DNA from: Eledone cirrhosa
Taxonomy: Eukaryota
Length of the DNA: 64,000 nucleotides
Assembly (NCBI GenBank): GCA_964016885.1
Contig: OZ024746.1
Coordinates: 48,918,001 to 48,982,000 of the forward strand
Direction: 5' to 3'
Part shown: piece after piece, positions 11,974 through 24,065 of the stretch
How positions within the stretch are numbered: the first letter of the stretch is position 1
How the letters are laid out: each line of letters starts with the position of its first letter
Position numbers and translations under genes: made by a program
Notes under the pieces: generated by a model
Database searches by the model: none
Seen by the model: the letters and a program-made list of their open reading frames with translations, nothing else
What the model was told of the DNA's origin: nothing

Positions 11974-14900
11974 CCTTGAATCTCAGTCATTGATGTTGGT
12001 TAACTGGAAAGTCCGTTGGATTGAATATCAAGCCACTACCTGCAGCCTCAGATATTCAGGACGTATCGGAGGGTTCTTGCTGTTCCAAGCAAGCATGCCT
12101 TTTGAAGCGTTCCAAAAAGCGTGAAGGGGCCGATTTTCTTTAACCATCCCTGGAAACCTTTGGAGATAGTCCCCAGTGCGCCTATGACAATCGGGATCAC
12201 TTTGACTTCATGGCAGTTCCAAATCCTTTTCACCTCCCACTTTAGGTCCTGGTATCGGTTAATTTTCTCCCTCTCCTTCTCTTGCACTCTCGTGTCGAAC
12301 GGGCAGGCCACATCCACAATCAGGCACGATCTTTTTTCTTTGTCCACAACCACCAGGTCAGGTCTATTGTGTTCCAGTTTTTTGTCCGTCTGTATCCTAA
12401 AATCCCACAGCACCTTCACCTGACTGTTCTCCATCACCGCCTCTGGCCTATGCTCATACCATTTCTCAGAATGTGGTAGATTGTTTACTTTGCACAGGTG
12501 CCAGTGGATCACCCTGCCCATCACATCGTGTCTCCAGCCCTTATAGTGGGTCTGGGCTAGGTGTTTACACTCGGACACAATGTGAGCCTCAGTCTCCTCT
12601 CTCTCTCTCCACAGATCCTGCACAGTGGGCTAGCCTCCTCCTTGTAGATATGGTGCTTCAACCACTTCGTTTTGAGGGCCTGCTCCTGCGCAGCCATTAG
12701 CATTCCTTCTGTAGCCTTTTTGAGGTCTCCTCTTCTCAACCAGTTCCATGTCTGTGGATCTCTAAATTCAGTTTTCTCAAAGAAGGTACTATGAAGGGAT
12801 TTTCCCTTAAGGCTGCTCTTCCTCCTTGATGTTATTTCCTCCTTGGACATCCCATGGCCTACTGTCCCCTCCTTCAGTACAGTTCTGAGCATTGGCTCCT
12901 TACTATAGGTCACGTATTTGTATAGGTTGTTTTTCTCCATCTGAACACAGTCCTCTATGCTGATAAGACCTCTTCCACCCTCAGATCTCCTTAGGTAGAG
13001 TCTATCGACATCACTCCTCTTGTGGAACATGTTGTAGATAGTCAATAGCTTCCTAGTCTTCCTATCCATTTCTTTTTGTTCAGCAACATTCCATCTCAGA
13101 ATTCCCGCACTGTACCTAATAATAGACACAGCTCGGGAATTTACTGCGCTTATGGCATTTCTGCTGTTCAGATGTGACTTCAATACGCTCCTTACTCTCC
13201 GAATGTATTCAGTTCTTAACAATTCCTTCATTTTTTTGTTCTTTATGCCATCAGCCTCCAGAACGCCCAAATACTTGTATCCTTCCTCAGAGTCAATTTC
13301 CTTTATCATCTCACCTGTTGGTATCTGGATCCCGTTACTTCTGCTCAACCTACCCCTCCTCATCACAATGACTCCACATTTACCAATACCAAACTGCATA
13401 CATATATCACTGCTGAAATTACGGACAGTGTCAACAAGCACATCCAACTCCTTCTCACTTTTCCCGAAGAGCTTAAGATCGTCCATGAAGAGGAGGTGAT
13501 TGATGGTAAGCTCTCCCCTTCCCAACTTGTATCCTGCTCTCACTTTTCGCAGCATAATGGTCAAGGGCATCAGGGCAAGGACAAACAACAGAGGGGACAG
13601 GCTATCTCCCTGGAAGATACCTCTCTTGATCTTCACGCTTCCCAAGGATACTCCAGTTGATGTCAACTCTGTCTCCCAGGACCCCATACTCCTGCCCAGC
13701 AACTGTCTGATGTTATCTGCCACCCTGAAGATCTCCAGGCTTTTGGTGATCCAGGAATGAGGCACCATGTCAAATGCCTTTCTGTAGTCTATCCATCCCA
13801 TGGCAAGATCAGTGTGTCTCCTCCTGCAATTCCCCATTACCATCTTATCAATAAGCAACTGGTCCTTTGTACCGCGTGACTTCTTTCGGCATCCTTTCTG
13901 TTCGTCCGGTAACAAGTTGTTTGTGTGGAGGTGATGGTAGATTTCCTCAGACACAATGCTCGTCAACAGTTTCCACATTACGGACAGACATGTGATAGGT
14001 CTATAGTTGGTAACATCATTACCCTTGATTCGGTCTTTCATTATCAGAACTGTGGTACCTTTTGTCAACCACTCTGGCACCTCACCCGACACCAAGCAGT
14101 CATTGAACATGGCCGTCAGCTTCGGGTGGAGGGATGTTAAATGTTTAATCCAATACCCCTGCACACCATCTGGGCCTGGTGATTTCCAGTTGGTTAGTTT
14201 TTTGGCTTGCCCCTTAATAGTTTCAACTGTGATACTCAAATCAGTCTGTTGCTGTGCCTGCTCACCGATCTCCCTCTGCACTGTCTCAATCCACCCTGCC
14301 TGGGCATTGTGTCTAACATCCTGCTCCCATATTCCTCTCCAGAATGTTTTAGCTTGTTCCGCCCCAGGGATCAAGTCGTTGCCTCTTTCTTTCCCCTCAA
14401 GCTGTCCAAACAGCATCTTCTGGTTGTTGTCGAACATGCGGTTCTGTTTATACTGACTGACTCTGTTCTCGTATCGCCTGATTTTGGCACTCTTTGCTAC
14501 AATGCGTTGCTTCAATTCCTCTATGATAATATTTAGTTTTTACTCCTAGTTTTGTATTTTATTTCCAGTCTATTTTTAGTGCCTATGTTTTTTAGTGTCC
14601 CATTCAGTAGTGACTCAAGCTTTCCTATGTCATTTCTCATTTCCCCGATTTGCCCACTCAGTCGCTTCTTCCACCACGGCTCTGCTCTTTCTTGTCTGTT
14701 GTTTCCTCTCGCTTTTATACCAAGTAGTTTCCTCACCGTATTTGCTGTTGCTTTGAGGATATTGTTGCACTGGTGAAGGCTCCTCGCCTCAAGGTATGGG
14801 ATGACTTTGTTTACCTTAGCTGTTGTTTCTTTTAACTTTTTCCTGTCTACAAATCTTAGGTTCATAGGTCTCCCACTATCATTGTTCAATTCATCTACCA

Positions 14901-16527
14901 CTAAATTTAAGATGTCAACCGAATCTTGTCCTAGCCCGTCAGCACTCATCTCCTCAGTGGCCGTATCTCTGTTCCAGGTATTATTTATCTCAGTATTCAG
15001 ATCATTGTCTGCTTCGGGTGGTTCCTCTGTTCTCAGGACCTCCTCACCTTCATTTCCCACCGGCTCGCTTGTCTGGCATACTACACCCGCCATCTCCAAG
15101 CCATTCTCTCTGCTCAGTTCCTCCAGTTCCAGCTCGCTTATCCACCCATTAGTTCTTATTACCCGAGCCTGCCCGGCCAATTTTTGTTCATCTAATTTAA
15201 ATAAACCAATCTCGTTCCAGATGTTATGCATCCGTCTCCTGTAGCCCCTCTCCTTGGGGTTACTTTTCAGGTAGCATTGCATAACAGTTCTATTCAATTC
15301 TTTCGTCCAGTTGGTTCTGGCCCCTTTCCTTCTTCTTCTTCCTCCAACATCAGCAGTATTTGGTTGCCAGTCAGGTTCCTGCTGCTGAGCCAGGGGGCAC
15401 CTGTTGGGTGAGAGTCTGTCACATGACGTTCTAGTCTCCATTTCACCGTTATTCGAACTGTTTATGTTCGATATTTAAACACTCTTATCGAGGATTGGCG
15501 AATGTATGTTTACATAGCCATCTGTGGATCCGCCATCCCACTTGGCCCTTGTGTGGCATTATCACCACGCTGTATACGAACACACATAAACAAACAAACA
15601 CACGGGCAGAAAGGGCCCCAAAAATGAATAAGCATAAGTTTCATTGTAATGTAGTATTCGAATGTCTGACTTAGTTTTTGTTTTTTAAGTTTTACTTTTC
15701 CCCCCCTCTTCTCTGTCCGTCCGCCTGCTTCTCTCTTCATTCTTATTTTCTTTACGTTTTTGGGGTTTCTTTTTTTGTTTTTGTTTTTCTCTGTTTGTTT
15801 TTCTCGTTTTTGCTGTTGTTGCTGTGCTGCTTTGGTTTTGTTGTTTGTTTTTTCTTTTTTCTTTTGAGTCTATCTATATATTTTGATGCCTTCCTCTTTG
15901 TTAGTAGTAGGAATTCTATAATGTGGAAGTAGCAGCCAGCAGGGAGAAGTGGGAGACTGGCGGCGGTAGCGATACCGAGACAGTGGTGGTGGTGATGTCG
16001 ATACCGAGGCAGTGGTGGCGGTGATGCGACCGTATTACTGTAGTGATGGTGCTGTAGCGGTGGCAGCAGTGAAGGAGTCAAGGGGTGGTGGCGGCGGTGA
16101 TGGGATAGTGGTGGTAATGATGGCCGTAGTGAGCGGTGGCGGTGAAGGTGAAAATGTCGTTATCTGGCTGTTGTGTTTAGTGTACACAGATGATGGGGTG
16201 GGTGGTGTATCTAGTTTCTGGTGTTGGTGAGTTTAGCTGTCCTATATAGTGTAGCCAGAGGAGAGGAGGGGGGGGGGGGGTTCTTCTTCTTCCATTTATA
16301 GCCATTTTCTTTTTTGGATATACAGTGTACAATACAAAGTTGAATATTTGAATATTTGAGCCTTATAACAATATATTTTGGGTCCGAATTTTTTGGGGCT
16401 CAAGCCGGGTGCTTTACGTAGCATTTGTACTAAGAGTTGTTATTTCACAAATGATTTAAATATGTTAAAAATTCAAAACTTACGGGAGCGATTTCATGAC
16501 CTCCGTCACCTCGTGCGTCTTCTTCCC

Positions 16528-16528
<1 letters not shown>
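11974..16528 (-). mobile_element. Full-length R4/Dong-like LINE, family B, copy 2, in tandem with copy 1
   Basis: Nearly identical to 7195-11916; (TAA)n flanks. Confidence 0.92.
12048..15441 (-). pseudogene. Disrupted RT-RLE ORF of family B copy 2
   Basis: Pieces 14533-15441, 12557-14515 and 12048-12623; frameshifts at about 14535 and about 12590. Confidence 0.9.

Positions 16529-16613
<85 letters not shown>
16529..16613. repeat. (TTA)n microsatellite between the head-to-head Dong and Tx1 5' ends
   Basis: Direct reading. Confidence 0.95.
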
Positions 16614-18412
16614 GAATGCTATGGTTGACGGAGGCTCGGCTCTGTAAGGTATTGTACATTTTTAGCGCTATAACAATTGTAAATTGTTTAAAACTTTAAC
16701 CAAACTGTAGACAAAAACACCCTCCTCCTCGTGAGAGGGGTCTTTCTGCCCGTTATTTGGCCCTTCAGGGTTAAATAACCGTTTATGGGGGTTTTGTTCC
16801 CAATATTTATTTTAAACAAAAAAAAAACATGGCTACGAAAAAGAATTTTCATAGGTCACTCCCACTCATTCCGTCTTCTTCTTCCTCAATCGTCACTACA
16901 GCAGAGAGAAGATTGTCTCTCACCCTCCCTTCTCTAAATGTGTCTCTCTCCCTCCCTTCTCTTTCGCAAGCGACGCCAGTAAAGAAAAATCACGTAGAAA
17001 GCGTGCAACATTTCTCCACGACGACGACGACAACGACGAAAAAGGTGTGCGGGAAATATGAAAACCCATTTCATTCGTCTGACGTCATGAATAATAGCAG
17101 TAGCAGCCGTAATAACAGCAGCAGCAGCAACAGTGACAAGGAAAACAACAGTAGCAGCCGCAACAGCACCAGCAGCAGCAAAAACAACAACAGCATTAGC
17201 AGCAACAGCAACAACAATAGCAGCAGCAGCAACAACAACAACAACCACAGCAACAGCGGCGGCAGCAGCAGTCGTAGTACCTGCAGCAACAACAAAAGTA
17301 ACAGCAGCTCTGACGACAACAACAACAACAACAACAAAGAAAAACCAATCTCGTTTGCAGGTATCGCAAAGAACCTGGAAACCATCCTCATAACAAATGA
17401 GGAATTAGAGGAAGCGAAGAAGATGGTGACGAAAACAGGACACCGAGCAATCTGCAAGGCAGCCGAAACATTTTTCGAAACCCAACAGCACTGTACGGTC
17501 ACGCTGTTTGCTAGACACGTCTTTCCCCAGCTCGTCTCCTTGACGGAGCTGCAGTCCTGGGTCAAGTGAAGACCGAGAGGGAGCGCTTGGAGACTGGAAT
17601 GTCTAGGGAAAACTCTAGGCGTCGACGAAAAGAACTTTCGGGCCAGGGCCTATGGACAACTTCCAGAAATCCCTGGTCTGGCAGTGCTACCGAGGAGCTT
17701 TGCCAGTTCGGGATAAACTCTACAGGCATGGAGGTGCCGTCAGCCGGGCATGTCCGAGATGCGCGCAGGGCGACGAAACCCTCCTGCACGCACTCGTCCA
17801 GTGTCCGAGCATTGCTGACTTGTGGGTTTATGTCGAACACCTGTTGTCGCGTGTAGGACGGATCCAGCTATCATCTGAGTCCATCGTGAGGATTGCCCCG
17901 CACTCTTCCTTTAGCCGGGAAGGGCAGGCAGTTTTTATCTGTCTGGTGGCCATGGCGAAAGAGATAGTATGGTGGACACGTTTGAAAGGGCTGAAGACGA
18001 GCACTTACCTCTTCGGTGATGCCCTGAATAATTTTTTCAACTTCATTTAAAAAGAAAAATCAGGGTAGAAAGGGAAGTGCTCTCTTCCCAGCATTTTGTT
18101 GAAAGATGGGTGAGAGAGGCAAGAATGGCCCGAGTGAATGGGCCTACTCTGAGTATGTGTCTGTAAATTAAAGGTGGAAAACTGGGAGAGGGCACTTGCC
18201 CTGGTGGTCAGAGTCACTGGATTTTTAATGGGCTTTCTCCACGAATGTCCCTCGGAAGTCTCCCTCCTATTGGGAATTTTTTCATTGTTCTATTATTACA
18301 TCCTCTGTTTCTTGTTTTTTACACGCAGAAATGCCCATTTGTACCGTCCTGTATTGTCCTGTACTCTCCTTAATGTCTACATTATGTAAACCCTTGTGGT
18401 TAATAAAGAAAT
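16614..18412 (+). mobile_element. Internally deleted, non-autonomous Tx1-like L1 element
   Basis: 5' UTR and ORF1 start (MATKKNFH...) joined at about 17500 to the ORF2 C-terminus (CPRC..ETLLHALVQC) and 3' UTR; homologous to 46300-52210. Confidence 0.88.
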
Positions 18413-18675
18413 CATTATTATTATTATTATTATTCTCTATGTATGTATATATTCATGTGTGTGTATGTGTTTGTGTGTGCTTGTCTGTGTGTGTGTGTGT
18501 GTCTGTGTGTGTCTCTGTTTGGTGGTTACTGTGGTTACATTGTCATATGATAATGCCTGTTTCTCTTCATCGAGATCTGAGATTCAAATGTAACAAAAGA
18601 TTATATTACAGAGATTGCTCACATACATACACACATAGACACACACAAACACGCACAAATGCATACATATTTATA

Positions 18676-18869
<194 letters not shown>

Positions 18870-19249
18870 CTATATATATATAGATGTGTGTGTGTGTGAG
18901 TGTGTGTATTATATACGAAATCAATTCTGATGCTAATGAATAAAATATAGATATAATCTTAACGATTTCTTTTGTTGGCCACAATGACTCGAGATTTTAA
19001 AGACATTACATGGACGCAATACAAAAGAAAATAAACAAACCTGAAACAAAGGGGGCTATTTTCATCGTGCGAAAATTTGAGTTCAATGATAACGATAAAT
19101 ACATTAATAAATACTTAACAATGTCTAACAATAGCAATACAGGAGGACGATATAATAACAGGGATCTGAATGAAAACCACGAATAAAAGGGGGAAATGTA
19201 TAAAGAATTCAAATCAATAGATTTTCTTTTGGACTAAGCAAAGTATAAA

Positions 19250-21150
19250 TGAATAATAAAACACAATGCTGAAATGCCAACAATTAAGGAAAAGTCATTG
19301 GAAACGTAGTTTTATTATGGGTGAGTTTGTAGAGAAGAATGAACGATCTAGCATCTGAAAACAAGACGTAGCACAGAAGCTACAAAACTGCTTTAAAAAT
19401 AGTTAAGTTTGAGATCTAAGCCGCTATTAGCAATACTGTCCAGAGTTAGAGATAAAACCTGATTTGCTGATTAAAATGGAAAAATTGTTTTAATCTTGAA
19501 AACTATAGAAACACTCATCTATAATTCAGAAGTGATGTCACAAAATGCTCATATGGTAGTGAACATCATTTATTGATGAACAAGGTTATAGCCTATAACT
19601 ACAGAAGAAGGAAAGATGGTCTGAGTATGGCATGAATTGGTTACCTGAAGATATGTAACTGTTATGTACACGTAGAATCTGAATGAAATAGCATCATTTA
19701 TGAGCATATACATTAAACACATGATGAGTCAATTGCAAATAGTTGTGCAAATACATGTTAAATCTATTTGTATTCGAAAGGGAAATTCATGTATTCACTC
19801 TTACTGTCTCTCTTTATCACATTGAGTTAATATGTTAAACCATACTAAGCATAGAAACAAGTAACAATGAAATTTCAATAAACCATATTTTATATATATG
19901 AACAACATTAATTTATGTGCAACAAATTATAAACAAATTTGAAGAATTGCTGCTTTAGGCAATACATAGATTTACCGGAACAATTTAATGAGTTTCGATT
20001 CGAAAGAAACCTGAAAGAGACGAAAATCAATTGATACACATATATCAACTTTGATATAAAAGGAATTGACCAAACATAGATTTAGAACTAGTGAATTAGT
20101 CAGTTTCCTAGACATAAATGAAGGAAAAGCCGATAAAGTAATATTCTCAATGCTTTAAATTAATAATTAGAAAGATGGTCTGAGTATGCCATGAATTGTA
20201 TAAAGAACTACGGAAAATCAATTCAACACCTTTACAAAGTACAAACAAAACGAAAAATAAATTTTTTTGATGTGGTAGTTTTAAGAAAATAGTCAATCAA
20301 CAGAATTCCATGCTAACGTGTTAGCAAGTCTTCGCAAGGTCGATACTTAAAAAGAAAACTGACTAAAGAATGATTGCCGCACTGGCTGAAAAGAGCATAA
20401 GAAAAAGGCTTTGATTGAGTGATTCTTCTTTGTGGTATGCAATCAGACCGATTCAAGCAGAAACCCCCAAACCAATTAAGGAAGCAGAATACATTAAGTA
20501 CCTGCAGGTTGTGTGGTGGCTGGAAAAAGTAATTAATCATATTTCTTAAACGATTTATACATTGTTTACATCTCCTGACTGAACATCAAAGCTTAAAAAA
20601 ACGAGTAATGTTGATGATATGGTATTACTGTAGTCGACTCTGCTACCCACATTTCTGTCTGTAGTATACACATTTCGTTCGAGGATTTTATAGGTAAACC
20701 TGGTTGTAGAAGCTTACAATAAACTAACATACTTTTCAATTAGGTTTCGTTGCCTTTGGTTATCCAATCACAACCAATGAATATACGTCTGCTATCATCA
20801 CTAAGTTGAGACTTTGATACACAGGCAACTAATCCAGTATTAGTGGAAACTAACCGAAAACATGTGGCATATACATTAAGCAGCAATGTTCCATAGAATA
20901 GAGACTCCTCTAAACTTTGAAATAATTCAATCCACAGAGACGGATAGAGAAATTATAATCGACCGGATATTGTTTTCATGGATTTCCTCGAAGGTGTCTC
21001 CTATTTAAAATATTAATCCCATCATACATAAGGTGGAACTGATGTTTTGATTAAGAACTTGCGTTTTAAAAATTTCAAAAATTATCGAAGTTAGCCAGGA
21101 CGTGAGACTGAAAACAAAATAATTCTTATAATTGTTATCCCTGGAAATAT
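19250..21150 (+). pseudogene. Ancient, heavily decayed R4/Dong-like LINE
   Basis: Remnant motifs in the expected order: HLLMNKVIAYNYRRRKDGLSMA*IGY (about 19560), CRLCG..INHI (about 20500), TDREI..NRPDIVFMD (about 20940), KIILIIVIPG (about 21120). Confidence 0.65.
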
Positions 21151-21345
21151 TGATTTCTAATTTAAGTACATGGCCAACAAATTTGTGAGAAGGTCAAAGT
21201 TGATTAAATCAATCCACTATATTTTGAAGGAGGAAAGGAAAAGTTGACCTCGGCGGAATTTGAACACAGAATGTAAAGACCCAGAACAAATAACGTAATA
21301 GCATTTTATCAGACGTCCTACCAATTCTTCTAATCTACCACGCCT
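21150..21345 (-). mobile_element. Old MetaSINE-like copy
   Basis: AAAGTTGACCTCGGCGGAATTTGAAC core remnant. Confidence 0.55.
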
Positions 21346-22698
21346 TTAAAACATTAAAAAGCATGGAAATAAATATATAATACAAATTCAAGTCATTGCA
21401 TACATATGACGTAATTTTGTAATATTAAAATTACAAAACCAAACAAAAACCTTTCATGTAACCAAGAAGTACAAAGCCACGATCACTAGTGCATTCAAAG
21501 CACGCAATAAAAATATGACTAATAAATATTAATAATAATAATGATGATAATAATAATATGACAACAGCCACAGCGGCAAATTAACAATAATAAGAGTCAC
21601 AACAACAATGTTAAAAATAGTAATAACATAACCAGATTAAATCTTTCACTTGAAAGTACCATTAGATGGCTGAAGCGATTGCTATGAATAATCAATGAAG
21701 ACTTGTTCCTCGTTAAACATGAGTTACGTTTAAATTAACCCAATTAAAAATATACCAGATCTGATAAAAGGGACACAATATGGAGTATAATGAATAACAA
21801 TCGTTAATTCGTTCATTGGTTTTCTCTCTTTATCTCTATTGCTTATGACACGGAATGTACACATACATCAATACATACCTAATTTTATATAACAGGGCAT
21901 TATCTAGTTGAAAACTAATATTATACGGAGCGTGTCGCAAGTTATTAATAAATAAATAGGAATAGTGTTGCGAATATTTTAGGAACGTTTCCAATAAACC
22001 TCAAACGTCCGCCATATGACATACATAATGTAAGTTATAACATTTATTTATCATCAGTTTTTTTTCAATGGTTTTATATGTACATCAACAACCAAATATA
22101 CAATAACACAAAGAACAAAGTGTTAAAAGACTGAACATTATGTATGCATAATATTTGTTAGTGAATGTGTACAATAAAATATACATGGTCATTATTACCA
22201 TTACACAGCAGCCATTATTAACAAAGCATGAACAGGATACAAGACATACAATTCGTTTACATATTCCAAACTGTCAAGAGGCTAAAATGAAAGCTACATT
22301 AATTCAGAAGTCAAAGAAAATATACACCAGAGTTCGAAAAAAATAACATTGGCCTACTTTGATGAAATTAACTTAAATAAGCAAATTTGGATAAGTTTGC
22401 AACGCCGGAGGAAAAAGAATACTAATCTTTCCAGCAAAGAAACAGAAGCTCGTAACGTAGATACCTACATCTCACCAAGGCATACGATTGTATGCACATA
22501 TACTATAGAATACCTATTATTATCTATATGATTGTAACATATTTTCCATCCAATATCAAAAGGGGTTACTGAAGAACATTCACTCGTGTATACCGCTGAA
22601 GGACACGAAACCCAAATTGTATCTGATTTAAATAACTGGGATCGTCAGCACTAATATAGTCAGAATGCCGGAAGTAATTCAATCGAACCACCATGTTT

Positions 22699-22838
22699 TA
22701 TGTATGTATGTATGTATGTATGTATGTATGTGTGTATGTATGTATGTATGTATGTATGTATGTATGTATGTATGTATGTGTGTGTGTATGTATGTATGTA
22801 TGTATGTATGTATGTATGTATGTATGTATGTATGTATG
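22699..22838. repeat. (TATG)n microsatellite
   Basis: Direct reading. Confidence 0.95.
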
Positions 22839-23462
22839 TCAGGTCACCAGTTGGTGCTACTGGTAACATGTATTCCAGTACAACCTGTCTCATGGTCAGG
22901 TCGTTGGCGACTAAACTGGCAACCCCACCAAGGTTTCTTGGTGAGGAGGGTGACTTTGGACATCCTGCAGGACTAAAAACAAAACCTGTCAAAGGGCAAA
23001 GGAGCTCTTAAGAGTCAATGGCCATCCAAAATCACCGGGAGAGATGACCCCTTAGCCTTTGTCAAGGCAGAATTCTAGGAGAAGGAAAACTCTGATATAA
23101 CACCTGCGACTCTGATGGTATCCAATGATGTTGACTTGTTCTTCTTTTTGGTAAATATCATCTTGGTTAAGAGAGTGGGACTGGCTTTGTGCAGTGCCTT
23201 TGCTCACTATAAAAGCTTCACGGCACAGGCATTGCTTTATATCTGGAGATCTCTCTGCACTTGTCGTCACATGGTACCATGGGCCCAGCACTATGTGTCA
23301 ATAATTGTCACAAGTGTAGTGTTTGTTCCAGAGTTTTCAAGTCGCTGGCTGGACTAAAAGGTCACACCCGTTCGGCGCATCGGTAGGGGTTCTCCTATAT
23401 GGATATAAAGTAGTGGCCGTACTCGAAAACGAGTTGGCAGCCACCATGTATGTATGTATGTA
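22839..23462 (+). mobile_element. Short RTE-clade-derived non-autonomous element
   Basis: RTE-like 5' UTR motif GGAGAAGGAAAACTCTGA; 3' end encodes CSVCSRVFKSLAGLKGHTRSAHR* (C2H2-like finger as at RTE/BovB ORF ends); (TATG)n tail. Confidence 0.6.
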
Positions 23463-23673
23463 AAAGGTAAACAGAAATAACAACACAGATTTATATATAT
23501 ATTAAACATTTTCTTTTTGCTGGTCCAATTGAATTACTTCCAGCTATATCAGTGCTAACGATCCCAGTGAGTTAATTCAAATACAGCTTTAGTTTCATAT
23601 CCTTGGGCACTCTATATGAGCGAACGTCCTCAATAACATTATTTGATAATGGAATGAAGATGCACACATGTTC

Positions 23674-23828
<155 letters not shown>

Positions 23829-24065
23829 CAGGTTTGTGTCTGCATGCATAATAGAAAGAGCCATTTTAACACTTTTCTTATTTCCTTACCATTAATTTTC
23901 TTTTTTTCCTCCACTTCGATAACACGTTTATTCCGAGACCTCATATTTTATTAAAACTTCATTCGGTGTAAATATTTTCATTGTCCGTAGATTATACGTT
24001 TTTAAGCATATTTTCTCCACGACACGTCTTCGTTTTTTATATTTTCTTTACCTTGTTTAAAATCA

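Noticed and set aside
5825-15411. Plus-strand ORFs overlapping the LINEs
   Set aside because: Antisense shadows of the RT ORFs; their recurrence reflects duplicated elements
22568-22622. CTGAAGA...GAAAC...GTA hammerhead-like string
   Set aside because: No convincing helix I or II and no inverted-repeat context
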